This document shows, in pieces, positions 1 to 12,060 of a DNA stretch of 61,530 bases (position 1 is the first letter of the stretch; the number at the start of each line of letters is the position of its first letter). The notes beneath the pieces were generated by a model that saw only the letters and a list, made by a program, of their open reading frames with translations, was not told where the DNA came from and ran no database searches. The DNA comes from Octopus bimaculoides (taxonomy: Eukaryota), in the NCBI RefSeq assembly GCF_001194135.2, contig NC_068998.1, positions 27,570,180 through 27,631,709 on the forward strand, given 5' to 3'. The position numbers were made by a program, and so were the translations under genes.

Positions 1-1081
1 TATATATATATAAAATAAAATAAAAACAATTATCACTTTTCAACAATTAAGTCCACTTAAATCTGGTGAAAATTGAGAAGTATGTCATCCTTCAAATCAA
101 ATTCTTTAAATTCCACAAATCTGACAATCAGTTCAAAGCCATACTATTACTATTACATCATCTCTATGGTGCAACTAATCAGAAACTTTGTTGGTAAGCT
201 AAAAAAACTCAAAACTAAATCAATGTAAGACCTAAATGTATGTTCCAAAAACTACTAGAAAGAAGAATTAAGACTTTCAATAAAATATATCTCCTTGAAT
301 TATCAGATACACAAAAATGTCAAAAACATAAAAATGCAAGCCAGAATATCTAATTTAACATGAATAATTATCATCATCACAAAATGAAAGTTTTTACTGT
401 ATTTTCCAGCATACAACTTCAATTTTTTGGAACAAAATCTACAACTAAAAAAGAGATCGGCTGATTTATATACCAAGACAACTTTGGGGGACCAAAAATT
501 CCATGAGAAATGCAGCTGGATTTGTGAACATAATGACACAATATTTGAATGCTTACACTGTATATGGTGTTGGCTTGTATGCTGGAAAATATGGTACTAA
601 TGTTATCTACAGCCAACACAGTGTTCACCAAAGTGTTGTAACCCTTTGAGATAGTGTTTTTTAACCTGGGTTATCTTCAAGACTCTCCCTTCCCCTCCCA
701 CATGAGGTGACATAAGCTAACAAAGAAACAGCAAATGTCAAAATGTGTTGTATGTTTAGAAAGGACATGATTTTGCTTTAAAATCAAATATTCAAATCAA
801 ATACAATTTTTATATTTTAAACACATTTTTTAAAAACTCTGCATCAGGATTAGAATATCAGTATGACATTGGGTTAACAGTGAGGTGAAACATTAACTGA
901 TGGTATGCCTATATCCAGTATTCACAATTTGCTTCTTTCAGGTATAAATTAGGAAACAGAGCTGCTGCTGTTAATATTTCCTTCCTGATAATCATTTTAA
1001 AATGGTTCAGCACAGTAGTACAACTATTATCTAAGAAGCGAAGTAGATTATTAATATGTAAAAAGAGAAGGCTTGAAACTC

Positions 1082-2358
1082 TACGAGGGTCAGCTAAAAG
1101 GTTCATAAGCTGACCAAGATACTCTCATGAAATGTAACCAAATGAGGTTTATTTTTCAACATAGTACCCTCCTTGCAGTCCATACATTCTTCCATCAGTG
1201 TTTCAGTGTTTGGATCCCATTGATGAAGAAGCTTTCATCCTGTTGCTCAAACAAAATCATGAACAGCAGATATGACATCATCACTATGATACTAGTTTGT
1301 AGCCAAATGTTTTTGCCTGTTGAGGAATAAATGATAGTCAGATGGGGTGAAATTAGGAGAAAAGGGAAGGTGATCAAGGAGTTCAAAGCCACAGTCATTG
1401 AAACTAAGGACTTGTGTGCTGGAGCATTGTCCTGATGAAATAAGACCCTGTTTGTCAGTCTTCCTGGGCATCTGGTTTTGATAGCCTTTCGTAACTGCCT
1501 CAGCAAGTTGGCAAAGTACTCTCCATTGATGGTGTGGCCCTTTTCAAGATAGTCAATAAACATAATGCCTTTTGCATCCCCAAAAAACTGAGGCCATCAC
1601 CTTCCCTGCAAATGAAACCACCTTGGCCTTCTTTGGAATAAGTGAGGAGGGATGTTTCCACTGCATGGATTGTTCCTCGTCTCTGGCTCAAAGTGATGAA
1701 CCCAACACTTATCCTGGCTTAGGAAACATTCAGGGAAACCAGCTGGATCTGCTCAACGTCAGATTTTTCCGTGATGTCATCAACTTGGTGCGCTTTTGAT
1801 AAGGTGTCAGAAGATGTGGCACCTACTGAGCAGAAACTGTCATCATACCAAGTCCATTGTGCAGAATATTCTCAACTCTCTCATGGAATATGCTAATAGC
1901 ATCAGTTATTTTCTATTTATAGTCAATTGCCCACCATCCATCACTATGTGGCGAACATGATCAATGTTTTCTTCAGTGGTGGCAGTTACAGGATGTCCAG
2001 ACCATGGGTCATGTTCAAAACTCTCTTCTCCCCTCTTAAATGCAGCTGCCCACTTTTACACTGCTGTTAAACCTGGAGATCCCCTAATGTAGCAACCATG
2101 TCAGCATGAATATTCTTGGAGACTAAACCCTTTTTATGCAGGTAATTGATGACATCATGATACCAAATTTTATCCATTTTCAAGAGAAGTTGATACAAGT
2201 TAGATTTAAAGTGTTCTTTGAACATTCAGATTTGAGTTTACCTGGAAAGAAACAATGCAGCTATTAATAAGAAGAGTTGAAATTAATGCATGCCGGATTT
2301 CACAGCTCTAACATCACTCTTCATAGTCAGCCTATGAGCTTTTCAGCTCACCTTTGTA
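1082..2358 (-). mobile_element. Decayed full-length mariner (Tc1/mariner) transposon
   Basis: ~30-bp TIRs (tacgagggtcagctaaaaggttcataagctgac / gtcagcctatgagctttcagctcacctttgta) with TA ends; transposase fragments FIDYLEKGHTINGEYFANLLRQLR and LFHQDNAPAHKS; frameshifted. Confidence 0.92.
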
Positions 2359-2546
2359 TTTGTCAAACCTCCAAACTGCAAATTAGAAAATCTCATGAAG
2401 CTGTCACTTATTTTCTGTCATTAAACAATGTCATTGGAAAATGATTTCTTGAAAAATTTTAAAGGTAGCCAGATACTGATACATATGTTTGATTAGTTAA
2501 CGTAAGTCTAATAATTTAAAATTTTAATTGTAATGTTACTCTTTAC

Positions 2547-2574
<28 letters not shown>

Positions 2575-2577
<3 letters not shown>

Positions 2578-4029
2578 GACAGGCTGCTCCTGAGAGTTCC
2601 TGTATGCTGATGACCTTGCTCTAATAGCCAAGTCACTGCCAAAACTAGAGACGAAGTTTAGGGTGCAGAAGCAAGGTCTAGAATCGAAGGGTCTTAGGAT
2701 TAACCTAGCAAAAACCAAAGTCTTAGTAAGCAGGAAGGCTGACAAATCACCCCTCCAGGTAGATGGCCCTGCTTGATTTGTAGGTGTGGATAGAAACCCC
2801 ATATGACGTACCAGGTGTAAGCTATGGGCACATAAGAGGTGCAGCAATATCAAAGGAAGGTTAACTAGGAAGGTAGTTTTTGTATGTGGCAGATGCACAG
2901 AGGCAAAAAACACTAAAGATATACAGAAAACAGATTCCATCACATGCCAGGGGGAAAACTACAAGTAGTTGATAGCTCTTGCTACCTAGGCAACCAAATC
3001 TGTAGTGGGGATGATTATTCTGAAAGTGTAGCAGCTAGAATAAGAATAACTTCAGCAAAGTTCAAGGAGCTCCTACTGCTGCTGGAAACTAAGGGCCTCT
3101 TGCTCAAGAGATGCAGTGAAACATGGGCCATGACTGCTGAGGACATGCATAGGCTTGAAAGAAATGAAGCTAGTATGATCCGCTGGATGTGTAATGTCAG
3201 TGTGCATACACGACAGAGTGTAAGCGCATTGAGAGAAAAGTTGGACATACGAAGCATCAAATGTGGTGTGCAAGAGAGAGACAACTGGTATGGCCATGTG
3301 TTACGTATGGATGACAACAGCTGTGTGAGGAAGTGCCACACTCCAACTGTGGAAGGAACCTGTGGAAGAGGTAGACCCAGGAAGACATGGAATTAAGTGG
3401 TGAAGCATGACCTTCAAACGTTGAGCCTCACAGAGGCAATGAGAGGAGACCAAGACTTTTGGAGATATACTGTGATTGAGAAGACCCAAAAACTAAAGTG
3501 AGATCGCAGCCATGGTCAATGCCAGTGTTGCATGTCAGGCCCATTTAAAAGTACCCTTGATGTGTTGGGCGATATATGCTTGAGAAGACCTGTTGAGTCA
3601 AACCAAAACGTAGCTGTGACCAGTGCCCCCTGACTGGCTCCTGTTCCAATGGTATATAAAAAGCACCATCCGAACGTGGTTGATGCCAGGGCCACCTGAC
3701 TGGCTCCTGTGCTAGTGGCACGTAAAAAGCATCATCCGAATGTGGCCAATGCCAGTGACCCCTGACTGGCTCCCACACTGGTAGCATGTAAAAAGCACTA
3801 TCCAAACGTAATCAATGCCAGTGCCACCTGACTGTCTCCTGTGCCGGTGGCATGTAAAAAGCACCCACTACATTTTTGGAGTGATTGGCATAAGGAAGGG
3901 CATCCAGCTGCAGAAACATTACAAGATCAGATTGGAGCCCGGTGTAACTGCTGGCTTTCCAAACCTCAGTCAAACCGTCCAACACATGCCAGCATGGAAA
4001 ACGGACATTAAACAATGATGATGATGACA
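2575..4029 (+). mobile_element. 5'-truncated RTE-clade LINE: RT C-terminus, 3'UTR and (TGA)n tail
   Basis: LYADDLALIA, GLRINLAKTKVL, YLGNQI, WYGHVLRMDD, GRGRPRKTW; ends aaacaatgatgatgatga. Confidence 0.88.
3619..3865 (+). repeat. Four diverged 66-bp tandem units in the RTE 3' region
   Basis: TGACTG recurs at 3631, 3697, 3763 and 3829; each unit carries aaaaagca. Confidence 0.85.
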
Positions 4030-4044
4030 TATTGATATGTAATT

Positions 4045-4390
4045 TTAAGATCCAAGGATCTAGGTGTAGGAAGTTAGTAATCTTCAAGCAGTTCATAGTA
4101 GGTAGAAAGAAACAACTTTCAGGAACAATAATAGTTTATTGGTGTAGAAGGTTGTAGGTTTTTCTTATATCAAAGTTTGATAACCTGTAAAAAGTTATTT
4201 TACAGTTCACAGTTAGTATTTTGGGTTGCTATGAATGCAAATTAAAATCGAAAGAGAGGAAATGGGGCAGGTAAAATCCAGGCTCCATATGTTTCCTAGC
4301 TAGCAGAACCTGAGAAGTAATAATTACTCAACAAGGAGTACTCCACTAGCTACTCATCAGGTCAAGGGATTCTGAGTTAACTTGCAGGAG
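4045..4390 (-). mobile_element. Second copy of the hammerhead-containing repeat, with decayed hammerhead at 4280-4364
   Basis: Minus strand reads CTGATGA GTAGCTAG...CTAGCTAG GAAA CATATG GA GCCT; cleavage-site U mutated to G. Confidence 0.65.
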
Positions 4391-4404
4391 ATGTGATTTA
4401 AAAT

Positions 4405-4495
4405 GTTAAATCTTCATTTAACTAAGGTATCTTCAACTTGATGAGTAGCTAGGAAACATGTGTAGCCTGGATTTTACCCGCATCTCTCAATTTGG
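4405..4495 (+). mobile_element. Inverted partial third copy of the hammerhead-containing repeat
   Basis: tcttcatttaactaaggtatctt...TTGATGA gtagctag GAAA catgtg TA gcctggattttacc; stem II internally deleted. Confidence 0.6.
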
Positions 4496-4904
4496 ATATA
4501 TATACATATATACATACACACGTTTATGTAGTTGTTTTACAATATTCCTATTGTGAAATCTTGTGTTGAAACAGGTATTGTTATATTTGAGGATGGTCAT
4601 GTTTTTGCCAGTTATTCACTTCACTTCAACTTCATTACTATTATTAATATTTTAGTGTCTTTTGTCTAAGCTCTTTCATCACACATCCTGGACTAAATAG
4701 AACTGGAGGAGACACGTGAGATGAAGAGTCACTGGAAAGGTTACAAGAGGTTTGATGAAAGAGTATAGACAAAGGATATTAAAATAATAAAGCTGAAGTG
4801 AAAACCAACTTATATAATGCATGTGTTTAATTGGCAAAAATATGACCATTCCCAAATATAACAATATAGATGTATATATTATCAGCTCATCAAAGGTGAT
4901 GACA

Positions 4905-5700
4905 GCATCAATCCAAGACATTCATCCACCTCTACCTCCAGCATATTGTTTCTCATGGGAGCAGACAACATGGCCGACAAGACCAATACAAGATAGGCAG
5001 ATCCTGTGGCACTGAGGGCACCAAACAATAGGGGGACGATGATGATGATGTCTCATCCTCTCTTCATACAGTCTCTTGCATTTGGTTTCAAAGCGCTCTA
5101 CTCCAGCAACACACACAGACCCTCATACCTTCTGGTTAACAGCCAGAAGTTCCAATCAATTGGGAGGGACACTGCATAAAAATAAAACTGCTTGAGATGA
5201 TTATCAAAACGAAGTTTTGGACATCCATGAAGCCTATCTCCAGTCTCGATCTCACTGAAGAGGACTGTCCTTGGGAGCCAGTGACCTGGCATCTGAATCA
5301 CATGGCTAACCCAGCAGAGAATATGACGAAGGATACAGGCCTCAGTACTATAGCTCTCAGCCCTCAGGAGGATTTCAGTATGAGGCACCTTGTTCTTCCA
5401 CACGAGACCAAGGATATTTTGGAGTGATCTGATATGGAACATTTCCAGTTGTCTGATCTAGCACCGATAAAGGGTCCAGCACACAGACCCATACAAGAGG
5501 TTGGAGACACAGACTGCTTGATTAACAAAGATTTTTGGACTCGCTCTAAGGTTCTTGTTTTGAAAGACTAGTTCACTAAGTCTCCGTGCAGTATCTCCTC
5601 ATCAAGGAGTTCAGTGTCAGAGATTGTGCTTCTAAGATAGCAGGAGTCTGCTTGCAGTAGAGGAGCATCATCAATAAGAATGGGCTGAGTACGGGAAAGC
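4905..5700 (-). mobile_element. RTE/BovB-like LINE 3' fragment
   Basis: LCWVSHVIQMPGHWLPRTVLFSEI..G.R..GCPKLRF and CPQCHRICLSCIGLVGH. Confidence 0.75.
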
Positions 5701-6384
5701 TGAGTGGAGAACAAAATCTAAATCTTTGTAGACACAGGGAGCTCTAATTCACACGAATATCAAAATAGGAGCACATGCTGCATAGATAGTATAGAAAACA
5801 GGGACAATGCTGATTGAATTTTGCCTCATTTAAAAAAAGAAAAAAACATAAGTAAAGGGTATTTGTAAGATGTCAGCTGATGAAAAGCAGTGGGTGTTGC
5901 GATACAGAAGGTTGAGAACCACTGCCGTAGTCTATGAAAGGTTAATATAACTATCCTAATTAGTCCCCAACCAGTTAGGCTGAAGCAACATTTCAAATCT
6001 CAATAAAGGTCTGCTCCGTCAGAACAGACCCGTGGTTAAATAACAACGCAATACAATAAACATCAAATTAATATAACTTCTGTAAAAATACAATGACGAT
6101 TTGTCATTCAGAAATATAATTTTAATGTTAGTGCTCCATGAAAAGGAAAAATAATCTTAGCCTCGAACATAGGTATTCTTTTTGAAGACTCGATGACTGG
6201 TTCTATTATACATAACAACAGTAACAACAACAATAATCATCCTTTCTACTAAAGGCACAAGGCCTGTAATTTTGGGGGAAGGGACTAGTCGATTATGTAG
6301 ACCCCAGTGTTTTACTGGTATTTAATTTGTCGACCTCAGCGGAATTTGAACTCAGAACGTAAGGACGGATGAAATGCCACTAAT

Positions 6385-6590
6385 AATAATAAGGCCGGAT
6401 ATAGTAACCTTTAGAAGGGACAAACAAGAGTGTCTAATAATCGACGAGGCAGTGCCAGAAGATCAACATATCATGATGAAAGAAAAGGTCGACAGATATG
6501 GAGACCTGAGAAGTGAGATCGCCAATATGTGGCAGTTGCGAGAGTCAAACATAGAGGTTGTTCCTGTTGTCATCGGAGCCTTTTAATTGC
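6385..6590 (+). mobile_element. Restriction-like endonuclease fragment of an R2/R4/NeSL-type retrotransposon
   Basis: RPDIV..RDKQECLIIDEAVPEDQHI..KEKVDRYGDLRSEIANMW...EVVPVVIGA (PD-D/ExK RLE pattern). Confidence 0.8.
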
Positions 6591-8417
6591 ACGTTAAGGT
6601 GTTTTTATTGAACTGATTTTCGCTATAGCTGGCCATAGTCTCCGTGAATTCTAATTATATTACATCATATAAATATGCTGCTCTAAGTAATTTTATTTAT
6701 CAAACTTTGGCTGATAATGACGAGTATCTGTAAGTTTTCTTCCTTCTTAAGTTTACATGTGTTAACAAAACAACTGGTGACTAGTCTTTTTCTCATCATA
6801 GAAAAATTAAGGTATGGTTATGAATGCAAAAAAAAAACCAAAAAAAAAACGTTACGGTGTGCTACCGAATCATTGTACTTGTGCTAGATATTGAGATGAA
6901 GGATATATTTATCTTAAACACGAATTATCCATGGGAAATATGAACAGGTCACGATTGGTGAATTGGCTGGTTTAACAGTCCTGTCATAGTTGCCAAAACC
7001 TAAAATCTCTACACAATGTCTATAATAGTGGCCATCATCATCATTGATAAGGAGGTGACTTTTCAGTTAATATGGTCAAATGACATCATGAATGAGTTAA
7101 GTTAATTGATACTGGATAACAAGATGACATCTACGCTGCCATAGCTTGGTAAACGAAATATGGCCTAATGCTGCAAGATGGAATAAAATTTCAGTTCGAC
7201 TTCAAAGAGTCGAATAGTGTTTGAGTCGGTAAAAATTGTATTTAATGGTATAAAAAGTTATTTAAGTTGGCTTGTCATTATGAGGTGAAGTTCCCGGTGT
7301 TTCAAACAGACATCTTTCCGCGGAGAAAAAAAAAGAAAAGGTGCGTCCTTTCAGAATAGAACAGAAAGCGAAAAAGGAGAAATACTAGTTTCCACATAAT
7401 TTAGTTGACAATGTAAATATGACATAAAAATCAATGGTCAGCTGAGAAAGTTAAGTGTGTAACAGCTGACACTGTCAAGATTAAGTAGTCGTGTCACAAC
7501 TTTCATATCAAAATATTAAGGGATTATGAATGTATTTGATATCAGATTTTCTTCTCGAAGATAATTAAAGAATACTTCGATTCCGTCTGTCATAAAAAAA
7601 ATTAACATCTAAGCTAGATTTTATTATTATATGGAATTTGAAACAGCCAATATATTTTGCCAGATGAAAACACGGATAATAAAAAGTATTTATATATTAT
7701 ACTATTGTCTTTTTTCACAGTTATCGTCACAAGCTATTTGATAAGCATGAGGGGAAAATTAATATTACATCGTTTGGTAATAGGTCAAGTAACTGTACAT
7801 TTTTATCATTACATACGTCTGAGACAAATGTAATCTCTCTCTGATCAGTGGACATTCAGAAGAGCTATCACTACTTCACAGAGAAGAAAAAAGAAAAAGG
7901 GTTATTCCCTTCTGTGAAATAATAAGGTGTCTAAAACATTTAATTTTTACATCCTTCCCCCATTTCGTGCCCTTTTCTGACATCCTTTTACTATTACACC
8001 CGTGTCACGAGATGGATTTAATAGTTTTTTAAAAAAATACCCAAGTTTTACGCTTTAAATCATGCAACTACAGAGCCCTTGTTTTTTGTTTCTTTTTGTC
8101 CTGGGAAATTTAGAAGGGGTTGTTATGATAGTAAACACACTTTATCGTGTTAAGGGGGCGAGGTTCTTGTGCCAGCATCATGTGTACTCTCGATATACTG
8201 AACAACAATGAAATGATGTTGAGCATGAGGACAAATGCTTCAAAAAATGTTATAATTAAGAAAACTTCCTTAAACAATTTCTTTTTCATCGAAACCTAAG
8301 TGGACATTAGAGGTGGTGGTATGAATGCGTGTGACAGATGGTCAGTTGTTGAAGGTGAGAATGACGACTGTGTATATGTGTGTTTATATATACAAATATC
8401 AAAATTACATGACATAC

Positions 8418-8562
8418 CTGAACAAAACAAAGGCGCGGTTTCTGATTGAACGACAGGCATTAACACATTGGGTTGCTCTGGTGGGTTAAGAGTAAGTCCT
8501 CCATTTGCTGGCATAAGCAGTAAAGGCGGAGGAGTAGCTTCTTTGCGGCTTCGGTCCGCCAT
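8418..8562 (-). CDS. Probable first coding exon of a gene running off toward the left (MADRSRKEATPPPLLLMPANGGLTLNPPEQPNVLMPVVQSETAPLFCS-); possibly SEC23IP
   Basis: gcaATGG start context, GC-rich open frame of 145 nt, strong donor CAG|gtatgt, ETS-like motifs directly upstream. The SEC23IP identity is only an inference from loose N-terminal resemblance and human synteny. Confidence 0.6.
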
Positions 8563-8569
8563 TGCTTTT

Positions 8570-8600
8570 AACCACGTCACATAACCGGAAGCGGAATTAG
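8570..8600. promoter_or_regulatory. Core promoter motifs upstream of the 8562 ATG: tandem ETS-like CCGGAAG/GCGGAA and CRE-like CACGTCAC
   Basis: ccacgtcac at 8572-8580 and ccggaagcggaa at 8585-8596; motif resemblance only. Confidence 0.45.
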
Positions 8601-10519
8601 AAATGTTTAGTCGGGATTTCAATTGTCATTTGACGTGTTGAGTGATCATGATCTTTCCGAAATTTTGTCAATGTGCAGCTGTTATTTAATTAGAGTATGT
8701 AATTGGTTTGATAAGCAATTGTTGAAATTATAAAGTCATTTCAAGTTGAAAAATCTCTGGGATACTCAACTAAAAATCCTAAATTCGCACTATCAGTTTG
8801 TGCTTATATATCTTTTTACAACAGACTGAGGCACGTAATTGAGACAGTCCCCTAATCTTTATTGAGGTGGTAATGATGGTGAGGAGGGTGGGTCACTCTG
8901 CCCTCACGATGTGCTCCACCCCAATGAGTGATTGTTTAAATCCAAAACGGTATTGTCTAGAAAACAGCTACAATCCTTATTTAGTACACTGAGCTAAGAT
9001 CACCGTAAGTTTTATTAAAGAAATAAATAAAAGAATTCGACTGACCAAACAATTATTTTAACTGTTTAGTCAGAAGGAGGAGGAGCGGCGCCTATGACCC
9101 TTTTCCGAGCTTCTGAATACAGTGAGGAGCAAGAAGTAAGTTATTCTCAGAGAGGGAACTGGGCCGAATACCTGCAACAGCTAAAAGCTACCAACATCCA
9201 GATGGTGATGTGAAACCAGGCAACTGAACAGTCCAACCAGCCAAGAGCAGGAGGGCCTTCCGACTGGTTTGCGCTTGCTTTTAATTTTGTTTCATTATAA
9301 CTTTCTTAATAATGCATATTTTTAATGACTTTTTACGAATATAAGTTGTCAAAGGTGTAGAATACGATTATGCTGATGAAGTTACTTTTTTCATATAATA
9401 CAGAAAGAGAAGCACTCCATAACATTTTAGCCATTCAATAACTTGCATGTGATCGTTGCACAACGTAGTAACGTGAGGTGAGAGGAACAGAAAACATTGC
9501 TGTGTATCATCCAGAGCACTTTATTCGTTAGTATCTTCATAACTGAATACTGCTCTGGATAGTAGCAGGCGAAGATTTTTTTTATTGTTATACAATGGTC
9601 ATGACCAAGTTATTGAATGTTTAAAAGAGTGTTTCTCTTTCTGACAAAAAAAAAAGTAATTGATTTTTTATCATATTTCATGAATATTATTAAAAGTTAA
9701 CGTTCGAAAATGCATTATAATCAAATTTCATTAGAGATATAAAAGCATTATTAAGAAAGTTATGAGGAAACAAAATAGTACGAAAGGCACTAAACTGTAG
9801 TTATAGCAAAACAGCATGGATATGGAGTAAAAAAAGACACTGGACATATTGATCCAAACTTTCGACCATAATTGTCTGGCAATGGTTCTCTATTTGACTT
9901 GGTGACGCACTGCAGATGAAATTTTAAGAAATTACTGGCGCATTCCGCATGGAAGAAATAAAACAAAACAAAACAAAATTAAACAGGTCTTGAAGTTAAA
10001 AATTCATTAAAAAATATAGAAAGCTGTTGACTATCGTGTTTGAGTCATTATACTTGTGTGTAACATTTTTCTGACACTAATATGAGCATTAATATAAATT
10101 TTCTAAAATCATAAAAATATATTTTCAAAAATCCGCGGCAGACTTAGATTCCTCTTGCAGTGCATCGTCTAAGAATTACTAGTTTAGCATGGCACACTAA
10201 ATATTTATTATCAAAAACATCATAATGTAATACGTATGTGTGCATGCAAGCAGATTACATTCCTAATTAGTGCAACGGAGATGTTTGATCATATAACCAT
10301 TCATACTAGGGTTTGTGCCGAAAATAATTCAAAAGCGAGCATAATTATATTAATCGACTAAACATAGTTTCCGTCACAAGCAATGCCTTTGCACCATCAG
10401 TTAACACAACTCAGTAATCCTCTTAAAAAAAAAAAAATTAGGTGTTTACTACGGCGCCCATTTCTCCACAGATACTTTCACTTGGGGGTAGTGAGAGGGT
10501 GCCAAATTCGGGTTGCATA

Positions 10520-11400
10520 ATAAAAGGGGGGGACCACTGATCATCACATTTTGCTGATTGCCTGATTTGTTACTAATGATTTGTGTGGCCACGCATTGTC
10601 ATGGTCAATGTGAATTGTTTTCAGATGCTTGCTCAGGTCACTTCTGCCTGATGGATTCTCAAAGCTTTTTGAGTGACTCCATTGTACTGCCAGCTCTTCA
10701 CAGTACAACCATGATCCAGAAAAATCAAGAATGACCCCCCCCACCCCCACCCCCCCGCCAAGTAACTACCATGACTTTCTGTGCCAATCGCTGGCTCTTG
10801 AACTTCTTAGGCCTTAGAGAAAAAGCGTGATATGATTCTGTGGACCGAACCTTCGTTTCCAGATCATANNNNNNNNNNNNNNNNNNNNNNNNNNNNNNNN
10901 NNNNNNNNNNNNNNNNNNNNNNNNNNNNNNNNNNNNNNNNNNNNNNNNNNNNNNNNNNNNNNNNNNNNNNNNNNNNNNNNNNNNNNNNNNNNNNNNNNNN
11001 NNNNNNNNNNNNNNNNNNNNNNNNNNNNNNNNNNNNNNNNNNNNNNNACGTATATTCATTGGCTTCTAACGTTACCAGCAAATCAAAACAAACTTCTACT
11101 CTTCTCTCTTTTAAATGTGCCGTCTTCTGCAAGGTATCCACTTTGTACACTCATTCCGATACCCTTTTGTAATGTACTGTGACTGCAGTCCAGGCGTGCA
11201 GTAAGCGCACGGATTGTGACTCGTCGTCCGCGCGAATCAAATCATTCATTCAGTGGCGTTTCCTATTTGCGATCACAGTTGATGGTCTCCTACTGCATAG
11301 TTTGTCTTCAATGTTGGTTCCTTCTTTTTTCAACTTCATGCATGCGCTTGTCAACGGTATCTTCGTAAACATGTAGCTTTCTGTGGTTGTCGGTTAGCCT
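10520..11400 (-). mobile_element. Mariner transposase relic of a different subfamily, spanning an N-gap
   Basis: YDLETKVRSTE, PKKFKSQRLAQKVMV, HDNAWPHKSLVT; boundaries approximate. Confidence 0.75.
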
Positions 11401-11559
11401 CCTTTGTTAAGAGCCCAATGATGGCACGTTGCTCCCTCTCGGAAGCTATTATTTGCCTGCGATGAATACAATAAGAAGAAAAATGACTATAGAGGAAGAA
11501 TTACTTTACCAACATGAGCAGTTTGAACGACTAACGCCAGTTCATTTTAAAAAAATATG

Positions 11560-12060
11560 CCCACTTTTACCTTATTTTCTTGACAATCACGCATGAAAAT
11601 AGCAATTTACCAGCAGATAAACGACTAGATTTCTTTTCTTGTTAAGGAATTAACAGACCAGAGCATATGTTTGTAGACCTAATTGAACTGCCTAATCAGA
11701 AACAGCTGCTAAGCATCTATTGAAGTATTTCATCAACCATGGACTTTATGATGCGTACGTGGAACAGAACTTCGTTGCATTTGCTAGAGATGGGGCAAAC
11801 AAACTGCTTGCTATTAAATCTAGCGTTACAATAATTTTCGAGAAACTTAATCTCTACATAATAGTTTGGCAGTCTTTATCACAGATTAGAACTGCACAAG
11901 GTGATTCAGCGAGAGAAATTCTTGGAATTAATCCTTTTCAATTAAAATATGGTTAAACTGTACTCTACATCAAAAAGAACTGATTAATTTTTCCTCTCAA
12001 CTAGAATTCGCAAAATTCGTACTCGGAGCACTGAGTACTTAGCTTGTGTTAAATAGTTTC
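11560..12060 (+). mobile_element. Degenerate hAT-type (ZNF862-like) transposase fragment
   Basis: FVAFARDGANKLLAIKSSVTIIF...IIVWQSL resembles the SDGASVMLG..SGV....IWHC..HRLELA segment. Confidence 0.55.

Noticed and set aside
8945-8975. TTGTCTAG resembling the U7 snRNA Sm site
   Set aside because: No 3' hairpin and no histone downstream element complement.
10725-11182. Long ORFs over N-runs (also 54187-54730)
   Set aside because: Artefacts of assembly gaps translated as X.
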